Shown here: positions 23,385 to 50,489 of the stretch, in pieces | Numbering within the stretch: the stretch's first letter is position 1 | Layout: each line of letters begins with the position of its first letter | DNA from: Macrostomum lignano | Taxonomy: Eukaryota | Reading direction: 5' to 3' | Length of the DNA: 64,000 nt | Assembly (NCBI GenBank): GCA_002269645.1 | Contig: NIVC01000746.1 | Span: 186,001-250,000 of the forward strand | The notes under the pieces: generated by a model | Told to the model about the DNA's origin: nothing | The model's database searches: none | Seen by the model: only the letters and a program-made list of their open reading frames with translations | Position numbers and translations under genes: made by a program

Positions 23385-24098
23385 CCCATTAGAAAGAAGC
23401 TTGGCACACTGGAGACACCTGCAGTTCACTCTCATTAGGAAGAGGCTTGGCACACTGGAGACACCTGCAGTTCACTCTCATTAGGAAGAGGCTTGGCACA
23501 CTGGAGACACCTGCAGTTCACTCCTTTTACAAAGAAGCTTGGCACACTGGAGACACCTGTAGTTCACTCTCATTAGAAAGAGGCTTGGCACACTGGAGAC
23601 ACCTGCAGTTCACTCCCATTGGGAAGAGGCTTGGCACACTGGAGACACCTGCAGTTCACTCCCATTGGGAAGAGGCTTGGCACACTGGAGACACCTGCAT
23701 GCAGTTCACTCCCATTGGGAAGAGGCTTGGCACACTGGAGACACCTGCAGTTCACTCCCATTGGGAAGAGGCTTGGCACACTGGAGACACCTGCAGTTCA
23801 CTCTCATTAGGAAGAGGCTTGGCACACTGGAGACACCTGCAGTTCGCTCTCATTAGAAAGAGGCTTGGCACACTGGAGACACCTGCAGTTCACTCCCGTA
23901 GGAAATGACTTGGCACACTGGAGACACCTGTAGTTCACTCTCATTAGGAAGAGGCTTGGCACACTGGAGACACCTGCAGTTCACTCCCGTAGGAAATGAC
24001 TTGGCACACTGGAGACACCTGTAGTTCACTCTCATTAGGAAGAGGCTTGGCACACTGGAGACACCTGCAGTTCACTCTCATTAGGAAGAGGCTTGGCA
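23385..24098 (-). repeat. 46-bp tandem repeat, long array
   Basis: Reverse complement of the 22425 unit, about 15 copies, no unique spacers. Confidence 0.92.
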
Positions 24099-25212
24099 CG
24101 CTCAGCCAACCGTGTATTTATTCTTACATGACCACAATGAATAGGTAAGCACATATTAGAACCAGCAAATATTCGTGGCAACAACTTATAATTAAGATTG
24201 TTGCAAACTAAACACGTGTTTCAACAAGTCCTCTTCTAGGGGGGGGGGGTGGGGGGTTCGTTGCCCCGCGATTATAATTTCTGCTTTCACAGACCCCTGG
24301 GCAAGAGCGAGTGAATTCAACATTAAGCTTGAATGCTTGTAACTTGAATAACCCCGGGGAGAGTTGAATGCGGACTGTGCAAGCTGAGCAAATTAAGTTG
24401 GAAGAGCAAAGAGCTGCTCAGTAGGCAGACGGCGAGAGAGTGACTGGCTGGCTACGCCGGGCGGCTGACGGCCGAAGGAAAAAGCAGCGCGCCTCAATGT
24501 ACATTGCTTCCCACAAGCCTTCCTCTCCCCTCCATGCTGAAGTCCCTTCACAAGCGGAAAGTACATTCATTCGTCTTATTTGACAGATTCGCACTGGCTT
24601 CTGTCTGCTCTGTGTCCTAAGTTAAGGGAAGAAGCTTCCCCCTTTTTTTGCTCCAATCCTTTCCCACGGTTCCCAACCCACCCCTCAGTCTGCAGGTCGC
24701 GTCCGCCTACCCTTAGCCTGTCTCTATTCTGAATGGCCCGGTCGACACAGTGAAGGCTGTTTTAACACAGGGCTTGGTTTGGGTTTGTCGCCAGCTTGAG
24801 CTTGAGGGTGAGAGATGGGAGAGAGAGAGAGAGAGTGGAGGGAGAGTATAAAGTACGCTCCCTCTATCCACCCAACCAAAATAGCATGTGATCCCCTGCA
24901 GCCCGCACCCCAAATCGTCGGGCACGAGTAGAGCGCTCTAATTTTCCAGAACATACCAAGCAGTAGGATAATATACTTTTTTTACTGTTTTCGATTTCTA
25001 TTTCAATGCACAAGAAGGTTTCTGTCTTCAACCAGAGTGAGACAGACAGAGCGCCCTTCAAGTTTTCATTGGCCACGCGCCCGCACACACTGAGCCAGGC
25101 TTCAGCTAGTTTAAAGGCTGGACAGTGGAGCCTGGAATTCCGGCGCGCAAAATAATACGGTTATTCTATCTAATATAAGGCTGCAAGACCCGTTGGACGA
25201 CTCTTCGCCGCA

Positions 25213-29614
<4,402 letters not shown>

Positions 29615-30384
29615 AGTTGACTCATTCTGGAATCCTCTGCACAGCAGTGCCTTTTAATGCAGGGTCTGCCAGCTCCGGAATGCCAATGCTGTGCAGAGCC
29701 GTTTCAATTCCGCTCTCAGCTGCTGCGCCCCCCTCTCCCCTCTCGATAGCTTACATTACAACAATACCCGGAGGTACCAGAGCCGTGACTCACTCACCGC
29801 AAGATTAACACAAACACTAAAAGACGGGAGGGGGTTGGCTTTAGTCAGTCAGATTCAGCGGCGGTAGGGGACCAGGCGAGGCGCCCGGGCAGGGATCTGG
29901 GCCGCTAAACGGCAAAACTAGGCCGTTAAATAAAATATAAGCAGAGAAAAAACTTTACTTTCTACCCATAATGGGAAGAATTCGGCGCCCCCGGTGGGAG
30001 GAGGTGCGTCCAGCAGAGAGGGGAACAACAGTATTAAAGGGTTCGGCGCGAGATAAGCCTCCCGTTTGCTTTTGGCTGGAAAATTTCCTGAAAAGCAGGT
30101 TTTGTTTACCAGCGACTGCCGCTCTGCTGCTGGCTTGGAATGGAAGCCGCCAGGAGGCGTTGCTCTGCTGGTTTGCGCTTTTCTTTCTAGTGGTAGCCTG
30201 TACAGAATTCGGGAAAGTGGCCTGGCGTGGGAATGGATTTCTTGGCACCCCGAGCTACTAGATAAATCAATGTTTCTGGCGAACATGCAGTTGTGACAAG
30301 GACCTCGCAAATAACTGCGATTTGCGATTGATAATGCACAGCATGTGTCTATTTTTTATCAGAGGCAGGTGGCTGTGGGCATCC

Positions 30385-30700
30385 TGGCGCACGTTAAGGG
30401 ACATTGTCACATTACTGCCATTCCACTGACTCCCGTGAGCAGGCACACAAGCGCGCGGATACGTACGCAGTCATACGCACAGACACACACTCACACAGGA
30501 GTGTACAGCGGCCCTAACTTTATTTATCGTTAGGCATGTACACTTCACTGTGCCTTGGGGGTTTGGCTCTCAAGGCCGTTAATTGCACGAGCAGAGCCAA
30601 GCCGAGATTCCAATTCAGCCCGAAATTAATCTAACTGCACTTGGAATCGAACCTGAGCCGCCTGGTACATCAGAGCGCGAAGAAACTGCTTGCAATTAAT
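30385..30700 (-). mobile_element. SINE-like family B copy
   Basis: Homologous to 7930-8262; B-box GGTTCGATTCC on the minus strand. Confidence 0.7.
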
Positions 30701-30844
30701 AACGTACGACATATATGTCACGGAGAGTCGGTTTATAGAGAAATTTTTAATAGATTTATTACCGAACAATGGACAGGTGCGAGGCAGCATCCGTTAATTG
30801 CGATGCTTTGGTTGTGATTCCATAATTGCTGTTAGGAAATGTCA

Positions 30845-31265
30845 AGATGCTAGGCATGGGAGTGAAGGTGCTAGGCATGGGAGTGAAGATGCTAGGCAAG
30901 GGAGTGAAGATGCTAGGCATGGGAGTGAAGATGCTAGGCATGGGAGTGAAGATGCTAGGCAAGGGAGTGAAGATGCTAGGCATGGGAGTGAAGATGCTAG
31001 GCATGGGAGTGAAGATGCTAGGCATGGGAGTGAAGGCGCTAGGCATGGGAGTGAAGGTGCTAGGCATGGGAGTGAAGATGCTAGGCAAGTGAGTGAAGGC
31101 GCTAGGCATGGGAGTGAAGGTGCTAGGCATGGGAGTGAAGATGCTAGGCATGGGAGTGAAGGCGCTAGGCATGGGAGTGAAGATGCTAGGCATGGGAGTG
31201 AAGGCGCTAGGCATGGGAGTGAAGATGCTAGGCATGGGAGTGAAGGCGCTAGGCATGGGAGTGAA
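30845..31265. repeat. 21-bp minisatellite (GATGCTAGGCATGGGAGTGAA)
   Basis: About 20 tandem copies. Confidence 0.97.
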
Positions 31266-31921
31266 TGCTGTGAAGAGTAGTGGCCCCATAGAAGGAATTG
31301 AATGGGCAACAGAGGTTACAGAAGTAGCAACTCTGTAGCTCTACTATAACTTAGTATTACATGTAGTGTTTGGCCAAATTAGCAATAAGTGTCCGGTCCC
31401 CATGCACTACAACCGGTTTAATTTTGCAGAGTCCAGTCACTTCTCAAATGCATTGGTTGTGGAGAATGACGCGTAGCTATGCTGGCTGGCAGATATGAAA
31501 GATTGACGGTTGGTATATTGCCAGGGCGATGTTGTGCAGTGCAATTCAATTTATTTAATTTTGTTTTAATTTAACCGCAAAGTCCGCAACGCAGCTTAGA
31601 TTAGTTAAGCTTTTCAAATCTTTGAATATTTCGCTTTTATAATTACTGATGCACGCACATCTGAGAGTTGTATATGAGCAGCTTGTTAGTTCAACGCTAT
31701 AATTCCATCATCATCCCACAAATTATTCTGTTTAACACATTTGCTTTGAAAGCACACAGTTTTTATTTTATATGCAGTTATTGCAGGAGATTTTGCTATT
31801 CCCATAATGGACCAAACTTTAGGTGTACATTTGAACTGATGCTGAGGGAGAAATCCATTTGAGTCCTAAGGAGTGATTTGGGCTCAGGTCTAAGAATTGA
31901 CGGCCAAACCCACAGATACAA

Positions 31922-32215
31922 GAATAACTAGATGGGCCACTCAGCAGATTTGCGTGTAAGCTACTTTCAGTTCAGTAGTAAGGTAAACAGAAGCATGCCA
32001 GTTAAGCTCATTTATTGGCTCTTATAACTCCCAGCGGGGGGGGGGTAAAGTGTGGAAAGGCGCGGTTGGAGGTTTTAGGAAGGAGGTAAGAGCAAGTAAA
32101 TGATCATTGTCTTTAAAAAAATACATTAAAATGCTTTATTTAACTTACTACTAAACTAAAAGTAGCTTACATGAAATACGCACAAATGTGCTGAGTGGCC
32201 CATCTAAGTTTTTAT
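31922..32215. mobile_element. MITE-like element, copy 1
   Basis: Terminal inverted repeat around TAGATGGGCCACTCAG / CTGAGTGGCCCATCTA; the interior is homologous to 32885-33325. Confidence 0.65.
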
Positions 32216-32884
32216 TCTAGTATCTTTGGTTTTGAGTATTGTAGATCGTCAAGCTCCCTTGGTTTTCACTGACTTTCTGATGAATGAATCAAACAACTAA
32301 AAGTACATGCAGAAGGACGCTTACACTCGCGAATAAATTTTCCCCATTCTTTGCTGGTTCAACAGATTTAAGCAAAGCAGAAGGATCAATTTCTGATCCG
32401 TGAGAGTAGCGCATCCTTCGACTTCAGTTGTCCATATATTTGTCACCGTTATGGGCATGAAAACGGAAAGAATGTGTGAATTCTGTTATACTGAATTCTC
32501 TTCCCGATGCAATCCAACACAATATTTAATAATTAAACGCTCGTCCCGCAGGTGCCAGCGACAGCAGCCACAAGCTGAGCGTTCGAGACAAGAATTACGA
32601 CTTCAACGAGGACGAGCCGAGAAGCTGAGACCAGCTGCAATCAACAATGGAATCCGTCTTTTCTTTCCAAGAGCTCAACCCTTCATTGCCAGCCCCGCCA
32701 TCCCAGTGAATCAAATATTGAGCTGGTAACTGCAGTCTTTACCGAAACTTTGATGCGGAAACAGGATAAACTTATGCGCGAGTTCAGAATTATGGCTTGA
32801 CCCACTGTTTACAGGCAATTTTCTACTCATGTAGAAGAAGCATTATACCGATAGGTACCAGTTTTGGCTTCTACCACAGATTCT

Positions 32885-33325
32885 AAATAACTAGATGGGC
32901 CACTCAGGCATATACACTTAGTAAAACAGATTTCTACTTTCAGTTCAGTAGCAAAGAAGAATACATAAGCTAATTTTATAAAAAAAGGCAGCTAAATTGA
33001 CTTTGATAAGTTTAGAAGCCCAAGCTTGCAGGCGTAAACAACTTGCTGATTGGTTCAGCAGTATGTACATTAGCGATTAGCTAGTCCACTGATATGTACA
33101 TGGCAGCTTTAGGGTGGAATTCCGAGAAAGGCAATAAAAATGGGGGGGGGGGCGGTTGGGTAGTGTGGAAAAACGCGGTAGGAGGGCTTAAGCTGGGGGT
33201 AAGAGCCAATATAAAATGAGCCTCGGCTATAAAAATACTCGTACATTAAAATGCTTCAGTTTAACTTACTGCTGAACTGACAGTAGCTTACACGCAAATG
33301 TGTTGAGTGGCCCATCTAGTTATTC
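32885..33325. mobile_element. MITE-like element, copy 2
   Basis: AATAACTAGATGGGCCACTCA ... TGAGTGGCCCATCTAGTTATT; same internal motifs (G-run, TACATTAAAATGC) as copy 1. Confidence 0.65.
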
Positions 33326-34964
33326 TGGGATCTGTGGCTTCTACCGGTAAAGCTTTATTTGCCTGCTCTAATTTCTGCCACATTGACATTCGCAGCACTC
33401 GACACTTACGTACTGAATTATCATACGCTTTCTATTGCTGCCCTCAATGCAAGTGTATATAATAGAGCGCAAAAGATAGGCTTACTTAGGTCAGCAGTGT
33501 GCGTACATTCACTGTACATGTACATTGCGCGCTGCAGATCCAAGGGCGCAGTGTTAGGGGTAGCCCCTCACCCCTAGAACGATAGAATAATCACGAGGGC
33601 GGCTCGCGAGCACAGACTAGAGCTTGAATAAACATGGATGTACATTTACTGTACAGTGCGCGAAGCCGCTAAAGATAGGGGGTAGGAAAACAAAAGTTTG
33701 CCTTTCCCAATCCGCACGCCTGGAACCGATTGAATGTACATTGAATGTGCATAAGAAGTGATTTAGAAGGCAAAGTTAGAACAACTCTTTTTACACAGGA
33801 GTTCATAATAACAAAGCGTATTCATTTTGAATCTAACGTACGCTTTTTTCCGTAGATGCTATGTAATTTGTCTCAGTCAGGTTTGTTGCTGGCAATACAT
33901 TTTCAACCTATGTATGTACTCTAATCGTTAATTTTGTGAATGTACATCTCCACTTAGTCTGCGGTTCTCATATTGATACCAATGCTCGTACAAGCTTGTT
34001 AATTAATTATAATATTTGCTTCGTATTTTCCGTGCATGAAGAATGGGATTTTCTCATTGCCATGATGACGTCATTGTCAAGTGTTTTGCTTAGTACTCAA
34101 AGTACGTAAATTCATTAATCGTATATAATCATTAAACGAGCTGAAATCAGACATTTTTCACTACTGGCTACTGACAGTAGCATACTCCGACTGCGACTAC
34201 ACACTACGTGACAAGATAAAAACTTAATAGAAATATTGTGATTTTACGAGTAGTGAATTCAGGGAATTTATCCGCCGCCAAGCTGCAAGCAACAGTTAAA
34301 GAAACAACAGCAATCTATTTGTTAATACGCGAAACGAACACAGAACCGACAGGTAGGCATATAAATATATAAATCTGAGAAACACAGATGCCAATAGTAA
34401 GAAACCTGCAGTACGTTTGCATGTTCAACAAGTTCGGAGAATTTTAAAATTGCAAATGAAACATGCAACTGCACAAGTCCTGCATTAGGCTGAACAAAAT
34501 TAAATTTCCTTTTAAAAGAATCTTCAACATTTTTAATCCAGTCGCGAATGTGCGCATAAAATGTTGTGTACAAGCTCAGAAACAAACATTAACAGTAGCG
34601 CAGTTCAAACAGATCTAAATTAGTAATAGTAGTAATTAATTAACAATAAAGCTATTCATTATATACTGGAACACAACAGCCGGGTCAATACTGACAGACA
34701 GTCAAAACGCGAACAATTCAACGACAAAAATTTACGCAGAGATCAACAATTGAATATTGCACACAGGATGGCCTTTCGCGCGGGCCGGGTTCTGTTGAAC
34801 CAGTCAGACCTCTGAGACGCTCTTGCTAGCGGCGCTGGAAGCGCCGGCTCTGCGGTCCCGCTGCAATTGCAGGCATTTGGGAGGATTCGAGTTGCACTTC
34901 TTGTTGAGAAGGGATCGAACTGATTCTTTGAGTGGAGCTGCGGATTTTCTGGCTACTCACTCAG

Positions 34965-35466
34965 AACCCCAGTTGCTGGGCCACCAGCCTCCCAGATCCT
35001 CAGTTGCTGGGCCACCAGCCTCCCAGATCCTTAGTTGCTGGGCCAGCCTCCCAGATTCTCAGTTGCTGGGCCACAAGAGCCTCCCAGATCCTCAGTTGCC
35101 GGGCCACCAGCCTCCCAGATCCTCAGTTGCTGGGCCACCAGCCTCCCAGATCCTTAGTTGCTGGGCCAGCCTCCCATATTCTCAGTTGCTGGGCCACAAG
35201 AGCCTCCCAGATCCTCAGTTGCTGGGCCAGCTTCCCAGATCCCCAGTTGCTGGGCCAGCCTCCCAGATCCCCAGTTGCTGGGCCAGCCTCCCAGATCCTC
35301 AGTTGCTGGGCCAGCCTCCCAGATCCTCAGTTGCTGGGCCAGCCTCCCAGATCCTCAGTTGCTGGGCCAGCCTCCCAGATCCTCAGTTGCTGAGCCAGCC
35401 TTCCAGATCCTCAGTTGCTGTGCCTCCCAGATCCTCAGTTGCTGGACCAGCCTCCCAGATCCTCAG
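34965..35466. repeat. About 28-bp minisatellite
   Basis: Unit CCCAGATCCTCAGTTGCTGGGCCAGCCT. Confidence 0.95.
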
Positions 35467-35499
35467 ACCCTGTCGACAGTTTCATCATTCCATTCTCAC

Positions 35500-45479
<9,980 letters not shown>

Positions 45480-46432
45480 TAGACTTATTTGCTAAAATTA
45501 AATGCTAGGGCCTAATAATATAAATAAAATTAAAAAGTTAGACTATGACAAAGAAATCATTCTAAATAATAGGATGGTCTCAATGAGTTGGAGATGTCAA
45601 ATTGTCAAATGTCGAATTAAAAGTATAAAATTACAAAAAAATTGCACTTCACTCCCTGAAGTCTTGTTTCTTGAAGTTTAAATTAAATGCAATGTAAGTG
45701 TTAACTGTTAAGCGATTTATTACTTATTTTTTAAGCCAAACTTTGTTTATAACATAAATTTCTAATACTTTAATCTGTGTAACTTTACTAGTGAGTTTTG
45801 TATCTTTAAAAGTAAACTATAGTCGTGGTGAACCGGCAGTGTAGTGGTAGTGGGTAGTAGGTGCAGCCAGGTGAAGGATATTTATGCCATGGAGTAACTT
45901 AGTATTTAGCTCAGATAAAACAGCTTGTTTGGCCAAATCAATTTCAAGATCTATTTTATTAAATTTTTTTAAAAACAAAACGATGTCCTTAGCAAATAAA
46001 TATTAACGTAAAGACTTCAAATATAGACTCTAGAACTACAAGACCTCGTATAGTATATTAGATATCGTGATCGTGATAGTTGCGGAGTTGTCGAATGTGA
46101 TTCACTGAAAATATATAATTTAAATTATATTTGGAATATTCTCTGTCTTAAATAATCACATAGAAACACGAAACCAGTGTTAGAGTATGCACTTTAGTTT
46201 TCCTCTCTGAGTTTTAAAGGTAATAAAAATGTAAAATTCGTTTAAACTAAACGCACGTTTCATGCACGCCGGGGTGCCAGTCATTCGTATAATTTCATTA
46301 AATGGACAGCTTGTCAATTAAGATTAGTTTCGCGACGTGTCCAGAGTCCATCTTAACACCTCTAACCGTTATTATGTTTAGGGCACTTAATTTAGGGTTT
46401 AGGGGTATACGCGAGCGTATCTCGATCATGTA

Positions 46433-46704
46433 CATCCCTCAATAAGAATTTTCGACTAAAAGTTGACTAGAAGTCATCTTGTGCAAGCTTAAAACTTGTC
46501 TAAAAGTTATCTAAAATATGACTTGATCTTGACTTGAAACTTGCTAGAAATTGTCTAGATGTTCGCGAAAAGTGACTTTTGAAAGTCAACTTCCAGACAA
46601 CTGCAAGTCACTTAGGAAAGTTACTAATAGTTGTCTTTTGATGACTTAAGTCATCTTGAGCCAATTTGAAGATGACTTTTATTCAATAATTTTTATTCTG
46701 GATG
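46433..46704. mobile_element. Possible MITE with TA target duplication
   Basis: TA|CATCC...GGATG|TA, with internal inverted AAGTCATCTT/AAGATGACTT motifs. Confidence 0.35.
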
Positions 46705-47833
46705 TATAGATATCGTGTATCGTGTATCGTGTAACTTCTATACTTTTCACATGGTGACCCATACATATGCATGTAGTCCTGTTCTTAGAAACAGCTACGT
46801 AGGTCAGTGAATTGTTAGAGGACCAGTCCGAAAGCCAATCAAGACAGAGAGTGAGCCATGGCAAACGACCTTGGAGCTGGCATATACACATGTATCGTGT
46901 TACCGACCTATAATTTGGACTCTATTTAAGCCCGTGATTTAAGCTAAGGATTTTTCTCCCGGTTTCTACCAATGAAGATCCCTATTTTTTGCTCCCAACT
47001 CCCGCGGTTTATTGTGTCGATGCTGTCTACGGATACGAGTATTGAGCTTTTCGCTTCCGGGACTCCAAATAAAATTTGAGTCCAGACCAGAGTCCACTGC
47101 GCGGGAGCCGTACTGGCTGTGACATCGACAATACCAGCAGATCGCTCTGGCAGAGCGTCATCGATCCTACTGGAAGCGATACTATGCATGCAGTTCCGGC
47201 TTCATCAAGCCAGCAGTGACGGCTTACACCGGAGGATCAGCAGCATAAGGGTTATCGCACTGTGACACACTAAGAATGGGGGTCGAACTTCAGCTGTCCG
47301 GAGACTGGCAATAGTACTTTAGCAGCAGGTCCGTATAGAGCTTTGCACCAGGCCCGAATGCTACCTTTAGAATTCCTTCAGTTAGGGCAGCTCGTCTGTA
47401 ACCAGAGGCCTGTAGCGACGCAGCTTCTACATGTATCTGTCCATCTACCATCCACGGAGTCCAGGCAACGGGACGGAAAAAAGGATGCGGATGCTACATG
47501 TATGTGGAGGCTTATTTCCTCATCTCTTTCTTCAATGTGAAAATAAAAAGAGCCACTTATTTCCTTGTTCGCTTGTTATATCTGCGATACAAAAGCAAGA
47601 CTTTTTTGCAGAAACAAAGTTACCGTGTCAAAAGTTCAGACGAGTTTAAAGAAAAAATTCCTTTCCTGGTATTATCGACTAAAATTACTTATGCAAGACA
47701 TTGAAGTTTAGGCGTGACATACCACTACTTATGCTAAAAAAACAATTTTCTAAGACATCTCTACCGAAGTCTTCAAGAGTCTTCTATCTGAAGGAAGGCG
47801 AACTCTTCCTTATTTTCATGGTGCTTGAGCACT

Positions 47834-48319
47834 CTAGGGGTACTTGGGTGCGGTGGTGTAGGCGCTCCATCTCTGCGCTTTCGCATTGCCGCACTTCTCC
47901 TTCTTCTCGCCTGGGCAGGGCTCGTTGCACTCGCTGTCGTCCCTCTTCTCGCTGGTCTCCAGGAACGACTCGCAGAAGCACTTGTTTCCGATGAGGCCCA
48001 TGTACTTGCTGCCAGTGGGATAGCAGTGATCGTTGCAGAGGGACAGACGGATGTTCTGGTACTCCATGGCAGTGTGGTGCGCTTCGCCCGGATAGCAGCC
48101 TTGGTACTCTACGATCATTTTATTCTTTGGCGGACCAGTGAAGAATGTTTTTATCTCTGAAAGGAAGTCACGATTAGGTCGATTTTTATCTTGAATGTTG
48201 GCGGAACTATGTTTTGCGGTGAATTACAGAACTCATAATTACTCACTTTTAGGACATCCTTCGACAGATATGAACATCGCACCTAGGCAGATCAGAAGAG
48301 CTGACGCGGTAAATTGCAT
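47834..48319 (-). CDS. Small secreted single-WSC-domain protein, copy 1
   Basis: Exon 48319-48247 (MQFTASALLICLGAMFISVEGCPK) and exon 48156-47834. Eight-Cys WSC pattern YQGC..LCNDHC..YMGL..NKCFC..EC..PCPG..EKCG..SAY. Confidence 0.9.
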
Positions 48320-48636
48320 CCTTGTCGATCCGTGATTCTGAAAGTACTTAATTGCGGTGCCAAATTTGATGCCCTTTTAGAGCTCCAGAAATACTGATTT
48401 GCCTGAATTTTGCAAAGTTTGTTTTGGCAGGGGCGAGCGAGCAAGGCTGTGGACATAGAGTGTCCCAGAGGGCACAGCGCCTGAGGCTATGTCTATGATA
48501 ATGCGAACAGGCCCGCGTAGCTGAGCTGATAATCGGTTGAGATTGTTTGAAGTCGTGCGTATATTGCCGCCGCTTAAGTCGTTCTTGTCTAATAACACGA
48601 GTTGAGACAAAGCTTTGAATTCAACGCATACCGGAG

Positions 48637-49125
48637 ATGAAGTTCGTTTCGTCAGTCCTGTTGATTTGCTTCTGCAGTGCGATGATCTGCTCCGTCGAAG
48701 GATGTCCAAAAAGTAAGCACCCGGGATTTATCTAACCTGATCTATCTAACTTTTTCTGCATTGATTTGCACCTAAGCCGTTTCCATCCAACTTATTTTTT
48801 AGAGATTAAAACATTCTTCGCCGGTCCAGATAAAGTCGAAATAAAAGTAGAGTACAAGGGCTGCTTTCCTGGAAAGGCGCACCACACTGCCATGGAGTAC
48901 CCGAACATTCGCATAGCACTCTGCAACGATCACTGCTATCCCACTGGCAGCAAGTACATGGGCCTCATCGGAAACAAGTGCTTCTGCGAGTCGTTCCTGG
49001 AGAATAGCGAGAAGAAGGACGACAACGAGTGCAGCGTACCGTGTCCCGGCGACGAGAAGGAGAAGTGCGGCGATGAGAAGGCGGAGCGATGGAGCGCCTA
49101 CACCACTGGGCCCAAGTATCCGTGA
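48637..49125 (+). CDS. Small secreted single-WSC-domain protein, copy 2 (132 aa)
   Basis: Exon 48637-48712 (signal peptide MKFVSSVLLICFCSAMICSVEG), a 90-bp intron, and exon 48803-49125 carrying the WSC domain. Confidence 0.92.
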
Positions 49126-49920
49126 AGTACTTCCTTCCTACTTCCATGAAGACAAACTCGGTGATAACCACTACAATTAGCTTTTTGTAAGCAGACTTTA
49201 GAGCTCTTTGTTACAATGTAAGCATGCGAACATTTCTTTCAACGGCCTGAAAAAGCAGATCTTTGCTTTTGCTTTCGACTCCCGTACGCATTAGCTGAAA
49301 TTCTGTTAAACAGAATTACTCAGTCGAGGTTTTACAGTAAACTGCCTTTGTACATGTACATGTACAAGTATCGTAATAGTAAATAAAATAAGAATGCGAA
49401 GAGAGGGACAATAATGCATATTTGCATTGACTTTTTCTTTCAATTCAAGTTAAGCAGTGGCACGACTGAATGCACCAATCTGCTCCCTACGCCACAAACT
49501 GTTTGGCAAGAGGATTTAAAAACAACAATAAAAAGAAAATGCGTCCTCCCGGAAGGCTGAGTGAACCCCTGGGGCACCGTGGGGGTCAGCGAGTAGGCGT
49601 TCGACGTTCTTGCGACGCGAGTGCGCGTTAGCATGTCCTCAATTTGTTTTCCGCACCTTCTGCCCGGTTTGCGCAGCAGTACGGCTTGGCGCGAATGATT
49701 TGGCCTGTCAGAGTCGCCGACGACATAAAGTCACTTGAACTGGTCAGAGGATGTCTCGGGGAAGTTCTGATGGGGAAATTTCTCAATGCCAATCAGGAGC
49801 TGGTGCAGGGGCCAAGAAAACCGTCGATTACATGATCTGGTTGAGCAGCTTTGCAAACGCTGAAAGTAGATGCTCTTTTCTGAAATTGATGCTCTTCAAG
49901 CCTTGGTGCTCTTTGTTTTG

Positions 49921-50198
49921 ATAATTATTTATGATCACACCTGCCCTAATGGGCAGATGCGCAACCGACAGCTCAGCCGCAGCTATTGCGCGGCGCATCT
50001 GAAGGCTGCGTACGGCTGTTCAGTCTAAGCACTGGGGGGTCGCCACACACACCCTCAACTAGCCCAGCTAATGCTGGCCCCCATTTTACAGCTGGGTGAA
50101 CTGAAGCAATGCAGAGTTAAGAGACACAAACTGTTCCGAGTGGTTCGAGAATCGAACTCCGAACCTTCAGTCGTGAGTCCAACGCTCTAATCACTAGG
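49921..50198 (-). mobile_element. SINE family A copy
   Basis: Reverse-complement match to 1160-1466. Confidence 0.8.
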
Positions 50199-50371
50199 AT
50201 AAAAGCTCCATTCCTTAGTCATGAAAGTCATGAAAAAAGTTGTTTTACTTTTTCAGCAAATATTTTATTTAAACCAGTAATTGGTGACGCCTTGTCTGTC
50301 CGGTCATTAGTGCTCAACATTAAGGATCTGGCATTTTTCTCATTGCGTTCTCATGGCACACTACGAGCTAA

Positions 50372-50482
50372 AAGGCTGTAGCGGAGTTATCAACCGATGC
50401 AGGGCCTCGACTTGAACCTGGGTGTCTTTGTCTCTGGACTCTGCGCCGCCGCGGTGGACGGCGAGCCACAGCAGCAGCAGCC
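50372..50482 (+). pseudogene. Fragment of exon 3 of the ARM-TIR gene
   Basis: Close match to 63532-63640 (CGGAGTTATC..ATGCAGGGCCTCGACTTGAACCTGGG..CAGCAGCAG). Confidence 0.8.
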
Positions 50483-50489
50483 CATGGTT

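Noticed and set aside
22425-24098. CRISPR-like regular repeats
   Set aside because: The units are contiguous with no unique spacers, there are no cas genes, and the context is eukaryotic.
46944-47560. Degenerate coding-like stretch between GRK and WSC copy 1
   Set aside because: Short open segments are interrupted by stops in all frames, and no motif could be assigned with confidence.
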